A stretch of 64,000 nt of DNA from an uncultured Gammaproteobacteria bacterium (GTDB lineage: Bacteria > Patescibacteriota > Microgenomatia > Levybacterales > UBA12049). The stretch is taken from positions 6,450-70,449 of the forward strand of contig CAYQEE010000008.1 of NCBI GenBank assembly GCA_964416445.1, read 5' to 3'. Made by a program: the position numbers and the translations under genes. Below the pieces are notes generated by a model, which worked only from the letters and a program-made list of their open reading frames with translations, was not told the origin of the DNA and did no database searches. The stretch's first letter is position 1. Every line of letters starts with the position of its first letter. Positions 30,244 through 40,130 of this stretch are shown here, piece by piece.

Positions 30244-31653
30244 TTATTCAAGGCAGGTGAACGGATGATCTTTATCTTGCTGGAACATTCCTGCCCATTC
30301 AACAGCGACAAATCCAGTTCGTTGAATTTTAGGCAGGATAGGGAGATCGATTGTTTGTGGGGTATTCACTGGTTGAAAATTTAAGGTGACGCGAAGAAGT
30401 GTATCAGGAGTTGGACTAATCGTTAAGGGAGAAATATCGTTCAATACTTGTTGAGGAACAAGAGAGATTATGTAGTAAGGTGAGTAAGGTAAGGCGGTTA
30501 ACCAATAGTCGCTAAATTGTTTTTGCTCATTTGCATTTAAACCAAGTTTTGGCAAGAGTGTCGAGAAGAAGTTCTTCAAATCTTTGTATGCTACATTATA
30601 CCCAGTATTTTCTTTTGGAATAAGCGAATTTGGAATTGCTGCTTCGTAGTAGAGATAATCATATTGGGTATGCTCATAGGTAATAGTTCCGTTAGGATTT
30701 CCGAGAATGTTCCATCCTGTTTGTGGATATACCGGAATTGTTGTATTCAGTTTTCCCTTTGGATTTATTTTTACATTGATTGGTTCGGAAACTTGCGGAT
30801 ATAAATAGAGAGCTGGTTTACAAAATGGCCTTGGAAATCCGACTGCTGCACCACCCTGCGTGAAATCAAAGGTATGTAATTGTAACGTCTCATGTGATGG
30901 AAAAGGAGTTATTTGTAAAATAGCATTTGATTCATTTCCTCTTTGTGGACCACCGGTTGGAGATAAATTTGGTGCTGGAGGTGTAATCGTTATGCCATTA
31001 GCTGCGAGACAATTTTTGATTGCATTGGGTACACCAGGTGTTGGATAATCTGGATCTCGAAAATAAATATCAAAACGAGAAGTGCTATTTCCATACACTT
31101 TTGCCGTAGGGTCACAGGAATTATCAGAAGGAGTATTGCCAAAAGGTTTCATACAATTGGCAACACAGACATAAATTAGCTCATCATCAGGGATTGGCAA
31201 GCATTGTTTTGTTCCACTGCTCCAATCTGCAAGTTGATCATATCCTGGTGTTCTACACTCTCCAGGACCACCAGCTAATTCTTGCGAAGTACTCATTATG
31301 ATGGGATGAGGCCCATCTGGATAAGTTGCGACTTGTCCACTATCAGCACTATGTTTAAAACATTGAAAAATAGAACTATTTGATTTCAACAAGTCATACT
31401 GAACTGGTACGTTTTTATATTGTGGATACGTTAATGAAGTAGGTGAACTAAAGGTAATTGTTTTAGTTTTAATTGGTGAACAATCTGCATTATCACAGCA
31501 AACAGCAAGAGGGTTGGGTAAAGGTGCTTTCATAAAAACATTCGTAAAGAATAGTCCACCAGCAATAAAAATACTAAAAATAACAACTGCTATAAGAATT
31601 AATCCTTCAATACTACTTGAACCTTGCTGATCAAATTGGTAAATTCTTTTCAT
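30244..31653 (-). CDS. Exported protein with prepilin-like N-terminus, Cys-rich domain and conserved C-terminal KP.LYLYP...VEW.G domain
   Basis: QQG|SSSIEGLILIAVVIF; many Cys; KPALYLYP, YDYLYYEA, LGLN..E...F.DYW, P.PDTLLRV, GFVAVEWAG. Confidence 0.7.
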   Translation of the reverse strand: MKRIYQFDQQGSSSIEGLILIAVVIFSIFIAGGLFFTNVFMKAPLPNPLAVCCDNADCSPIKTKTITFSSPTSLTYPQYKNVPVQYDLLKSNSSIFQCFKHSADSGQVATYPDGPHPIIMSTSQELAGGPGECRTPGYDQLADWSSGTKQCLPIPDDELIYVCVANCMKPFGNTPSDNSCDPTAKVYGNSTSRFDIYFRDPDYPTPGVPNAIKNCLAANGITITPPAPNLSPTGGPQRGNESNAILQITPFPSHETLQLHTFDFTQGGAAVGFPRPFCKPALYLYPQVSEPINVKINPKGKLNTTIPVYPQTGWNILGNPNGTITYEHTQYDYLYYEAAIPNSLIPKENTGYNVAYKDLKNFFSTLLPKLGLNANEQKQFSDYWLTALPYSPYYIISLVPQQVLNDISPLTISPTPDTLLRVTLNFQPVNTPQTIDLPILPKIQRTGFVAVEWAGMFQQDKDHPFTCLE

Positions 31654-31745
31654 AAAAATCATGAACATTTTGAAAATGTTCCTTCTTCCATAGTATCGAT
31701 CAGTTAGCAAAAATACAAGGGTATGCAATGATATACTATGGAGAC

Positions 31746-32831
31746 ATGAAAAAACTTTACTTTAGTTGGTGCGTACTTATTTTATGTATATTGGTGTATA
31801 GTATTTTGCACCATCTTCCTCGAAAAGTTTCCCCGCGCCTGGAGGCATCTCCAGTGGTTTTAGCAAGTCCGACAACGCAACCATTAGTGAGATCGAGAAC
31901 ACCAACAAGTTATTTATTTGTTCCCTATTGGTCTTTTGATGCAAAACCACTTACGGCGACATATTCAGGTTATGTATATTTTGGTATTATTCCTACTGCT
32001 GATGGTATTGATACAAAAGGTAGTTCGTATACGAAAATTGCGACTTTTACATCAGTAGTTCCACCACAGAAAGAAAAATTTCTTGCTATTCAAATGGTTG
32101 ATGCATCAATAAATGAACAGATGTTACATGATATGAATCTGCAAAAAAAAATAATCGATCAATCACTTGAGATAGCAACATCTAATGGATTTTCAGGAAT
32201 TGTTTTGGATTTCGAATATTCTGCACTTGCTTTTGATTCGGTGACAAAAACAACAACCCAATTAATGACAAACTTTGCACAAACAACTCATCTGAAGAAG
32301 AAAAAATTTTATGCGACAATATATGGTGATGTCTTTTATCGATTACGTCCCTATGATGTTGCGACCATAGGTAAACAGGCAGATGGTGTTTTTGTTATGG
32401 CATATGATTTTCATAAAGCATCAGGAGATCCAGGAGCAAATTTTCCTTTCCAAAAAGATTCAAATGATGATTACGATTTTATGCATATGGTAGCAGACTT
32501 TACGAAGCAAGTTTCAGTCCCTAAATTAACGGTAGTTTTTGGTATGTTTGGTTATGATTGGAAAGTGAATTCAAAAGGACAATCGATTACTACGGCAACT
32601 GCCCTGAGCATAAATCAAATTCAACAATCAATTCTCCCTGCATGTCTATCATTGCACTGTCAAATTCAACACAATAAAACGAGTCTTGAAACACAAGTGA
32701 GTTATATTGATAAACAGCAAATAAATCACATTCTATGGTATGAAGATATTCAATCTTCTCAAGCAAAACAAACATATCTCAGAACAAATGGAATTCAAAG
32801 TTACGCGTATTGGGCTAATGGATACTTTTAA
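31746..32831 (+). CDS. Membrane-anchored glycoside hydrolase family 18 (chitinase/YdhD-like)
   Basis: GFSGIVLDFE, VMAYDFH, FGYDW, LWYED, AYWANG. Confidence 0.85.
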   Translation: MKKLYFSWCVLILCILVYSILHHLPRKVSPRLEASPVVLASPTTQPLVRSRTPTSYLFVPYWSFDAKPLTATYSGYVYFGIIPTADGIDTKGSSYTKIATFTSVVPPQKEKFLAIQMVDASINEQMLHDMNLQKKIIDQSLEIATSNGFSGIVLDFEYSALAFDSVTKTTTQLMTNFAQTTHLKKKKFYATIYGDVFYRLRPYDVATIGKQADGVFVMAYDFHKASGDPGANFPFQKDSNDDYDFMHMVADFTKQVSVPKLTVVFGMFGYDWKVNSKGQSITTATALSINQIQQSILPACLSLHCQIQHNKTSLETQVSYIDKQQINHILWYEDIQSSQAKQTYLRTNGIQSYAYWANGYF

Positions 32832-32848
32832 ATGATATAATTGCTTGT

Positions 32849-33436
32849 ATGAGTTATTTAATTCCTGGAAAAACGGTTTTTCGGTTTACAACAAAAGACC
32901 ATCAAGAAGCGGTAATTCGGTATCCTCGTTGGGAAGATCTTGACGCTTTACTTTCGTATATTAACGTACTTTCTGAAGAAGATATTTACCTTACTTTTTC
33001 AGGAGAGACAGTAACAAAAGAAGGAGAAATGTATTACCTTACGGAAACATTTAAATCAATCGAGCGAGGCGATATGGTAAATCTCTGTTGCTACATCAAT
33101 AATATCCTTGTTGGAACATGTACAATTTCTCGAGATGTACAATCAAGAAAAAGAAGTTATCATATCGGTATTTTTGGTATTACTGTTTCGAAACAGTTTC
33201 GTCGAAGTGGATTGGGCGAGCAACTTGCTCGGATTACAATCGCTGAAGCACAGCGCACTATTGTAGGACTGAAACTGCTTATTTTAAGTGTCTACAGTCC
33301 TAATATTGCTGCGCAAAGTTTATATAAAAAGCTGGGATTTAAAACTGCAGGAATCGTACCGAAAGGAGTATGGTATAAAGGTACTTATATAGATGAAATT
33401 AAAATGTATTTACCACTCCAAGAGTATATGTTATGA
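32849..33436 (+). CDS. GNAT family N-acetyltransferase
   Basis: GITVSKQFRRSGLG, L.VYSPNIAAQSLYKKLGF. Confidence 0.9.
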   Translation: MSYLIPGKTVFRFTTKDHQEAVIRYPRWEDLDALLSYINVLSEEDIYLTFSGETVTKEGEMYYLTETFKSIERGDMVNLCCYINNILVGTCTISRDVQSRKRSYHIGIFGITVSKQFRRSGLGEQLARITIAEAQRTIVGLKLLILSVYSPNIAAQSLYKKLGFKTAGIVPKGVWYKGTYIDEIKMYLPLQEYML

Positions 33437-34491
33437 ATACCAAACCTTCCTTATTTGAAACCTTAACTGCACATAAAGAAACAATTTTCCAATTTCTCAA
33501 ACAATATTTACATAAGGAAACAAACACATTCCGTCATGTGAATCATTGGAGTAATGATATTGAAACTCGACTTCTCACATTCCTGCAACAAGGGAAAATG
33601 ATTCGAGGTAGTCTTCTTTTCTATAGTACGCAGCTCTTTGGTGTAACTGACTCGGTAGAAAGTTTACCTGCTGCAGCAGCAATTGAACTTATTCACGCAT
33701 CATTACTGATTCATGATGATATTATGGATCGAGATTATCAACGTCGAGGAAAGCAAACTATTTTTGCACAGTATGAAACATTAGCAATGGAACAAAATTT
33801 ATCTGATTCGTTACATTTTGGAGAAAGCATGGGCATTTGTGTTGGGGATTATGCTATCTATCTTGCATATGGGTTACTTTCCCAAATGAACAAAAGTTCT
33901 CTAACACATCGAATTTCGCGTGAAATTGCTATGGTCGTACTCGCACAAATGCAAGATATAGTAAATGGATATGAGGTTATAGAACCGTCATCTGAAGCAA
34001 TCCTTCATCTCTACACATTTAAAACAGGACGGTATACGTTTGCTCTGCCATTACTTACTGCAGCATTACTTGCAGAAAAGCCGGAATTTGTGGAAGTATT
34101 GGAGAAAATTGGTGAATTACTCGGAAAAATATTCCAAATTAAAGATGACGAATTAAATTTATTTGGTGATGAACAGGTAACGGGAAAACCAACTGGTTCA
34201 GATCTTCGAGAGAATAAAAAAACATTCCATCGTCTCTTACTTCTTGAAAATGCAACCATACCTGAAAGGAAGGAAATTCTTAAGCGGCTAAATAGTAAAC
34301 AGATGAATGCGAATGATTTATCGTATCTTTACGACTTATTACATACCTATCAAATAAAAAAGGTAGTTCAAACAAAAATAGCACATATGACTCAAGAAGT
34401 GAAAACATTGATCAACGCATCCTTGCTTCCTCAATCAATAAAACAAATTCTTTTTGAACTCATTGTTTATAATGAAACGAGGGTAAAATAA
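33433..34491 (+). CDS. trans-Polyprenyl diphosphate synthase (FPP/GGPP synthase family)
   Basis: GKMIRG, HDDIMD...RRG, KTG.YT, FQIKDD, GKPTGSDLRENK. Confidence 0.93.
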   Translation: MNTKPSLFETLTAHKETIFQFLKQYLHKETNTFRHVNHWSNDIETRLLTFLQQGKMIRGSLLFYSTQLFGVTDSVESLPAAAAIELIHASLLIHDDIMDRDYQRRGKQTIFAQYETLAMEQNLSDSLHFGESMGICVGDYAIYLAYGLLSQMNKSSLTHRISREIAMVVLAQMQDIVNGYEVIEPSSEAILHLYTFKTGRYTFALPLLTAALLAEKPEFVEVLEKIGELLGKIFQIKDDELNLFGDEQVTGKPTGSDLRENKKTFHRLLLLENATIPERKEILKRLNSKQMNANDLSYLYDLLHTYQIKKVVQTKIAHMTQEVKTLINASLLPQSIKQILFELIVYNETRVK

Positions 34492-35240
34492 TGATAAAAT
34501 CTACCGTTTTTGATAAATTTCCTCAGCTGAATAGTATTGCAAAAGAGAAATTTCCAAAACATATTCTTATTATTCCTGATGGAAATGGAAGATGGGCAAA
34601 AGCACAAAATAAATTTGTTACCGTAGGTCATAAAAAAGGCGCTGAAGTAGTAGAACAATTATTAGAAGATATTTCTGAAATTCATGAAATTTCAGCAGTA
34701 ACGGTATGGGGGTTTGCAGCGGATAATTGGAAACGGAGTAGTCAGGAAGTAAAAGGATTATTATTTCTTATTAATTCTGCTGTCAAAAGAACTCTCAGTA
34801 AATTACAAGCAAGAAACGGAAGATTTATTCATTTAGGGAGAAAAGATCGATTACCAAAAGAACTTTTGAAACTTTTTGAAAATGCAGAAGAAGAAACGAA
34901 AAATAACACAGGACAAATCTTGTGTCTTGCAATTGATTTTGGTGGAGAAGATCAAAATGTTCGTATGGTTGATAAAGCCCGTTTGTTACCATCTGATATT
35001 CAGACAACTACTGACTTATTGTGGGAATTGCGTGATGGAAACGGTATTGTGAAAGCAGCAGATTTAATCATACGGACTTCAGGAGAACGACGTACATCAG
35101 ATATAGGATGGTTAAATGGTTCTTCTTCTGAATTGTATTTTATAGATAAGTTATTTCCTGACATCACCACTGAAAATATTGTTGAAGCCCTTATTGATTT
35201 TTCGCAGAGAGAAAGACGATTCGGTGGGAGAAGCAAATAG
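34491..35240 (+). CDS. uppS: cis-Prenyltransferase (undecaprenyl diphosphate synthase)
   Basis: HILIIPDGNGRWA, GHKKG, NWKRS..EV, DLIIRTSGERR, RERRFGGR. Confidence 0.93.
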   Translation: MIKSTVFDKFPQLNSIAKEKFPKHILIIPDGNGRWAKAQNKFVTVGHKKGAEVVEQLLEDISEIHEISAVTVWGFAADNWKRSSQEVKGLLFLINSAVKRTLSKLQARNGRFIHLGRKDRLPKELLKLFENAEEETKNNTGQILCLAIDFGGEDQNVRMVDKARLLPSDIQTTTDLLWELRDGNGIVKAADLIIRTSGERRTSDIGWLNGSSSELYFIDKLFPDITTENIVEALIDFSQRERRFGGRSK

Positions 35241-35267
35241 CAACTCTTTCCATATTCATGGACATCG

Positions 35268-35585
35268 TTATTTTCTTCGAGATGCAACGAGAAAACTTCC
35301 AAGTAAATAAAAAAGTAATAGTTGCCAGAAAAGGATCGAAAGGAGGGTAGTACTCAGAAATATTGCGATGATTTCACGCTTAAATCCATACAGAGTGATA
35401 AGAACTGCAGCTAGTCTTCCAAAAACAAATAAAAGTAATAATCCAAGGAGTGGTGAAAAAATAACGGGAAAAAGAATCGGTTTTCTTGTTACTTCACGAA
35501 TTGAGGTGAATGGATGAAATGTTAGGCCAAGTAAGGTCTTTGTCCAAATATAGGCAATAAAAATAAAGAATGTTCGTTTTTTCAT
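35268..35585 (-). CDS. Small membrane protein
   Basis: Three hydrophobic segments; 4-nt overlap with the upstream gene. Confidence 0.7.
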   Translation of the reverse strand: MKKRTFFIFIAYIWTKTLLGLTFHPFTSIREVTRKPILFPVIFSPLLGLLLLFVFGRLAAVLITLYGFKREIIAIFLSTTLLSILFWQLLLFYLLGSFLVASRRK

Positions 35586-35839
35586 TGGTACGTAAAGCGT
35601 AAAGGGAAAATTCCAAATCCACCAAAGATTCTGAGAATAATATCATCATAGCCCTTCCCAAAGGAAACATGGAAAATAATACTCAAAAGAAAGGCAAGCG
35701 GAATAAGGATACGCCATGGATGATTACCTAACCAGACACTTACCGTTGTAAAAACAGTAGGCATGACCATACCTTTCATGATTCGTTCCTGTTCAAAGGC
35801 CCGGTCTTGAAGCTTATGTAAGAATTCACGCTCGTTCAT
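35582..35839 (-). CDS. Small membrane protein, candidate anti-sigma factor
   Basis: ATG 35839 overlaps the sigma factor 3' end; charged N-terminus plus TM helix. Confidence 0.6.
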   Translation of the reverse strand: MNEREFLHKLQDRAFEQERIMKGMVMPTVFTTVSVWLGNHPWRILIPLAFLLSIIFHVSFGKGYDDIILRIFGGFGIFPLRFTYQ

Positions 35840-36359
35840 AGGCTTTTTTAAAAGATTGTCTTGCTCGAAAGAGCATACTTTCAGTTGCTTTAAAGGAAAG
35901 ATGAAAAATTGGAGCAAGATCTTTAACGGGAATTTTCTCTTCATAATGGAGCTGTAATATTCGACGATAATCAGTAGATATGCTTTTTAATGCAAGTTCA
36001 ATTCGATCTCTTACTTTATTTTTCTCATATTGGAATTCTGGTTGATGGATCTCATTTGCAACAATTTCTAAAAAAGGAGCTTGAGATAAAAGGATAGATT
36101 TGATTTTTTTCTTTCGATAAAAATCAACAACTTTATTATGAGCTATCGAATAGAGCCATGATCCAAGTTTTTGTTCTTTTTTTAAGAGAAGTAATGAGTC
36201 AACAGCCTCAAAAAATACCTCATTGAGGATATCTTCTGCATCTTCTTTTCGTGGCAACTTTTGCATGAGATATGTCATAATTTGAGGAGAATACTGATGG
36301 TAGAAGGTGATGACCGCTTGACGATCTCCTTGACAAATTTGTTCTATGAGTGACGTCAT
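35826..36359 (-). CDS. ECF RNA polymerase sigma factor
   Basis: DAEDILNEVF, SWLYSIAHNKVVDFYRK, region 4 HTH, ESMLFRARQSF. Confidence 0.93.
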   Translation of the reverse strand: MTSLIEQICQGDRQAVITFYHQYSPQIMTYLMQKLPRKEDAEDILNEVFFEAVDSLLLLKKEQKLGSWLYSIAHNKVVDFYRKKKIKSILLSQAPFLEIVANEIHQPEFQYEKNKVRDRIELALKSISTDYRRILQLHYEEKIPVKDLAPIFHLSFKATESMLFRARQSFKKAYERA

Positions 36360-36456
36360 AAGGTTATTATATCAGTCATAGAACAAATTTGAAAATGAAA
36401 AATACGGTAAAACGAATGATTTTGAAGGAATTTACGACTATATAGTAAAGATTATT

Positions 36457-37623
36457 ATGGCAATTACGTTGCGTGACTACCATTTAGCCTCAAAAAGGAG
36501 AGGAGCTCTCGAAAAAGAACTCAATATTACCTTACCCCAAATTGGCAATTTTACTCTCGATGAGGATTATGCATCAACCCATAATTGTGAAAACATGATT
36601 GGAAGTATTCAAGTTCCTCTCGGTGTAGCAGGTCCGTTGAAAATAAAGGACAAAAACATGCAACAAGATTTCTTTTTGCCTTTAGCAACTACAGAAGGAG
36701 CACTCGTTGCATCAGTAGCAAGAGGTTGTAAAGCAATTACTGAAAGTGGTGGTACGCATGTAACAAGTAAACGGGTAGGAATAACTCGTGCACCTGTTTT
36801 TTCAGTCTCTGATATTGCACAGGCAACAGAATTTATAACATGGGTGAAAAGCCACACACAAATCATGAAAGAAATTGCTGAACAAACATCGCACCATCTT
36901 ACTTTGCTTTCCGTTCGCCCTTGGCATATAGGACAGAATGTTTTTTTACGTTTTCAATTTGATACGCATGATGCAATGGGAATGAACATGGCAACAATCG
37001 CGGTATCACGAGTGGTAACTTGGATTGAAGAGCAAACGCGAATTATGTGTAGTGCCCTGTCAGGTAATATGTGTGTTGATAAAAAACCAAATTTTCTTAA
37101 TTTTATTGAAGGACGCGGAATCCAAATATGGGCAGATGTCATCATTCCTGAATCTATTATCTCATCAGTTTTAAAAACAGATAAAAAAAGACTTGTAAAA
37201 ACGGCAAAACAAAAATTGCTCTTTGGATCAATTCTTTCTGGATCAATTGGAGCAAATGCACATGCTGCAAATGTTCTTGCAGCATTATTTCTTGCTACAG
37301 GACAAGATATAGCACACATAGCTGAATGTAGCATGGTTGTTACTGAACTCGAAGAAGTAGCTCAGGGAATGTATGCTTCCGTTTATCTTCCTGATTTAGT
37401 AATTGGAACTGTTGGTGGAGGAACAAATCTTTCGACACAAAAAGAAGCATTAACAATACTTGGTATTCACGGTGGAGATAGCGGAAAAAATGCGATACAA
37501 TTAGCTCAAGTGTTTGGTGCGGCAGTGCTTGCCGGTGAAATTTCATTACTCTCTGCTCTTGCAAGTAATCATTTAGCGTACGCACATCAACAACTTGGCC
37601 GAGGAGGGAAAACGAATACATAA
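36457..37623 (+). CDS. hmgA: HMG-CoA reductase, class I (archaeal/eukaryotic NADPH type)
   Basis: CENMIG, PLATTEGALVAS, DAMGMNM, SGNMCVDKK, ATGQD.AH, GTVGGGT. Confidence 0.95.
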   Translation: MAITLRDYHLASKRRGALEKELNITLPQIGNFTLDEDYASTHNCENMIGSIQVPLGVAGPLKIKDKNMQQDFFLPLATTEGALVASVARGCKAITESGGTHVTSKRVGITRAPVFSVSDIAQATEFITWVKSHTQIMKEIAEQTSHHLTLLSVRPWHIGQNVFLRFQFDTHDAMGMNMATIAVSRVVTWIEEQTRIMCSALSGNMCVDKKPNFLNFIEGRGIQIWADVIIPESIISSVLKTDKKRLVKTAKQKLLFGSILSGSIGANAHAANVLAALFLATGQDIAHIAECSMVVTELEEVAQGMYASVYLPDLVIGTVGGGTNLSTQKEALTILGIHGGDSGKNAIQLAQVFGAAVLAGEISLLSALASNHLAYAHQQLGRGGKTNT

Positions 37624-37627
37624 TTTT

Positions 37628-38668
37628 ATGACTGGCATTGTTGGATATGGGGCATATATTCCCCGATATCGGTTATCGTTATCAGATATTGCGGATATCT
37701 GGCAAAAAGATCCAAATGAAGTAATTCATGGTCTTCATGTGAAGGAAAAAGCAGTTCCAGCTTCCGATGAGGATGCAGTAACATTAGGTATTGAAGCAGG
37801 AAAACGATCGTTTACTATGGCAGGTATTTCCCCTGAATCAGTAGGAAGTGTTTTTTTTGGATCAGAAAGTCATCCCTATGCTGTCAATCCCTCGTCGACT
37901 ATTGTCGCTGAGTTTTTAGGTATTGGTCATCATTATTTTGCGGCTGATCTTGAATTTGCCTGTAAGGCGGCAACAGCAGGCCTGCAAGTGACTGTAGGCT
38001 TATTGGATAGTAATAAAATTAACTACGGGCTTGTCATTGGAAGTGACACTGCTCAAGGAAAGCCACATGACGCATTAGAATATACCGCAGCAAGTGCAGC
38101 TGTTGCAATGCTTTTGAGTAATAAATCGGAAGAAGTTCTTGCAAAGATACTTGAAATGTCTTCATATACTTCTGACACGCCAGATTTTTGGAGAAGAGAT
38201 GGTGCACGATATCCTTCACATTTCGGGAGGTTTACTGGAGAGCCTGCGTATTTTACTCACGTCATTAATGAAGGAAGAAAGCTTTTAGAACAAAGTCAAT
38301 TGCAACCACAAGATTTTACCTATTGTGTTTTTCATATGCCAAATGGAAAATTTCCTCGTATAGCAGCCAAAAAGTTAGGTTTTACACCGGAACAATTAGC
38401 ACCATCACTTACCGTTGATAAAATTGGTAATCCTTATTCTGCTTCAGCGATGCTTGGATTGGCAGCAGTTCTTGATATTGCAAAACCAGGAGAAAAAATA
38501 TTCTTTGTTTCCTATGGATCAGGTGCCGGTTCAGATGGTTTTATTTTTCAGACTACCGAACATATTACGAAAAAACAAATAATTGGTACGAATGTGCAAC
38601 AACAAATTGAACAGAAACAATATATAACGTACGCGCAATATCTTAAATATACGCATACAATTGGATAA
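37628..38668 (+). CDS. HMG-CoA synthase, archaeal type
   Basis: GIVGYGAYIPRYR, GSES.PYAV.P, DLEFACKA, DTPDFWRR, RFTGEPAYF, SYGSGAGSD. Confidence 0.95.
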   Translation: MTGIVGYGAYIPRYRLSLSDIADIWQKDPNEVIHGLHVKEKAVPASDEDAVTLGIEAGKRSFTMAGISPESVGSVFFGSESHPYAVNPSSTIVAEFLGIGHHYFAADLEFACKAATAGLQVTVGLLDSNKINYGLVIGSDTAQGKPHDALEYTAASAAVAMLLSNKSEEVLAKILEMSSYTSDTPDFWRRDGARYPSHFGRFTGEPAYFTHVINEGRKLLEQSQLQPQDFTYCVFHMPNGKFPRIAAKKLGFTPEQLAPSLTVDKIGNPYSASAMLGLAAVLDIAKPGEKIFFVSYGSGAGSDGFIFQTTEHITKKQIIGTNVQQQIEQKQYITYAQYLKYTHTIG

Positions 38669-38669
38669 T

Positions 38670-39824
38670 ATGATGAAAGTAGGAATCTTAGGCGGAGCAA
38701 CAACAAAATTCGGTGAATTATGGGGAATTTCTCCTCGTACGTTGGCACGAGAAGCGTTAACAAGCGCATTAGAGTCATCGCAATTGCAGGCAGAGGCAAT
38801 TGATGCCTTGTATGTGGGCAATATGTTAGGTGGCATTTTAGGCAACCAGACAAATCTTGGTTCGTTCTATGCTGAAGAATTAGGTGTCTATGTTCCGGCA
38901 TTTCGTTTGGAAGGAGCATGTGCTTCAGGTGGACTAGCATTACATGCAGCAGTGAACAGTATCCTTTCTGGACAAAATGAGGTCGTTATGGTATTAGGCA
39001 TAGAAAAAATGACTGATCATAACAGTGATGAAGTGACAAACGGATTGATGGCAGCAGGTTCTGATGAGGAACGGACTGCTGGGGCAACTTTTCCCGGACT
39101 CTATGCACTTATGGCCCAAGCATATATGCAACAATATGCGATTCGCGAAGAATCACTTGCCGCAGTATCTGTCAAAAATCATTTTCATGGTAGCTTGAAT
39201 CCGATAGCGCAGTTTCAATCTCCGATCACAATTGAATCGGTAATGCGGAGTGCAAAGATAGCAGATCCCATTAAATTGTTAGATAGTTCTCCTATTTCAG
39301 ATGGTGCGGCGGCGATTGTTCTTACGAGTGAAGACTATGCAAAAAAAAATTACCCAAAACCCGTTTTTATTACAGCGAGTGAAGTAGCAACGGATAGTCT
39401 TGGATTACAAGACAGAGAAACATTAGTCAGTTTATCAGCAGTAGTTCGTGCATCGCAAAAAGCATATAAAAGTGCTGGGGTGTCAGCAAAAGATATTGAT
39501 GTTGCTGAAATTCATGATTGTTTCTCGATCGCAGAAGCAATTGCGAACGAAGATCTTGGATTTTCAGAACGTGGCGCAGGAGCAACGGATACCGAAAAAG
39601 GAATGCGAACGTTATTTCAAGGAACCGTTATTACTAATCCTTCGGGTGGATTGAAAGCATGTGGTCATCCAGTAGGAGCAACAGGGATAAAACAAATTGT
39701 TGAAATAACAAAACAACTTCGAGGCGAAGCTGAGAAACGGCAAGTAGAAGGTGCGAAAATAGGATTAACTCACAATGTTGGAGGGAGTGGCGCAGTTGCG
39801 GCAATTCATATTTTACAAATTTAA
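38670..39824 (+). CDS. Acetoacetyl-CoA thiolase, archaeal/SCP2 type
   Basis: EGACASGG, KNH..G..NP.AQF, SPISDGAAA, EIHDCF, GHPVGATG, HNVGGSG. Confidence 0.95.
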   Translation: MMKVGILGGATTKFGELWGISPRTLAREALTSALESSQLQAEAIDALYVGNMLGGILGNQTNLGSFYAEELGVYVPAFRLEGACASGGLALHAAVNSILSGQNEVVMVLGIEKMTDHNSDEVTNGLMAAGSDEERTAGATFPGLYALMAQAYMQQYAIREESLAAVSVKNHFHGSLNPIAQFQSPITIESVMRSAKIADPIKLLDSSPISDGAAAIVLTSEDYAKKNYPKPVFITASEVATDSLGLQDRETLVSLSAVVRASQKAYKSAGVSAKDIDVAEIHDCFSIAEAIANEDLGFSERGAGATDTEKGMRTLFQGTVITNPSGGLKACGHPVGATGIKQIVEITKQLRGEAEKRQVEGAKIGLTHNVGGSGAVAAIHILQI

Positions 39825-39827
39825 TTT

Positions 39828-40130
39828 ATGCATACATCACCAGTAAAATTGTGGAGAAGACAAAAGACGGTAGCGAACGTAATTGGTAAAAGAGGAAAAC
39901 TTTTGCATTGGACGATTATTCGAGTTCCTTCGAAATCATTCGCTCACCAAGCTCCTTATCCAGTGGTGATTGTAACATTTCCTGAAGGTACGAATATGAT
40001 TGGACAATTAGTTGATTGGCAAAAAGAAGACTTAGTAAAAGGAAGAGACGTTGTTGCTGTGCTTCGAAAGCACCAAGGTGATGATAAAGAAGGTGTTATC
40101 CCATATATCATTAAATTTAAACCTGCATGA
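39828..40130 (+). CDS. DUF35 OB-fold protein (thiolase/HMGS scaffold) lacking the Zn-ribbon
   Basis: GK...WTIIRVP...F..QAPY.V.IV....G....GQLVD, GVIPY..KFKP; located directly after the thiolase. Confidence 0.82.
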   Translation: MHTSPVKLWRRQKTVANVIGKRGKLLHWTIIRVPSKSFAHQAPYPVVIVTFPEGTNMIGQLVDWQKEDLVKGRDVVAVLRKHQGDDKEGVIPYIIKFKPA

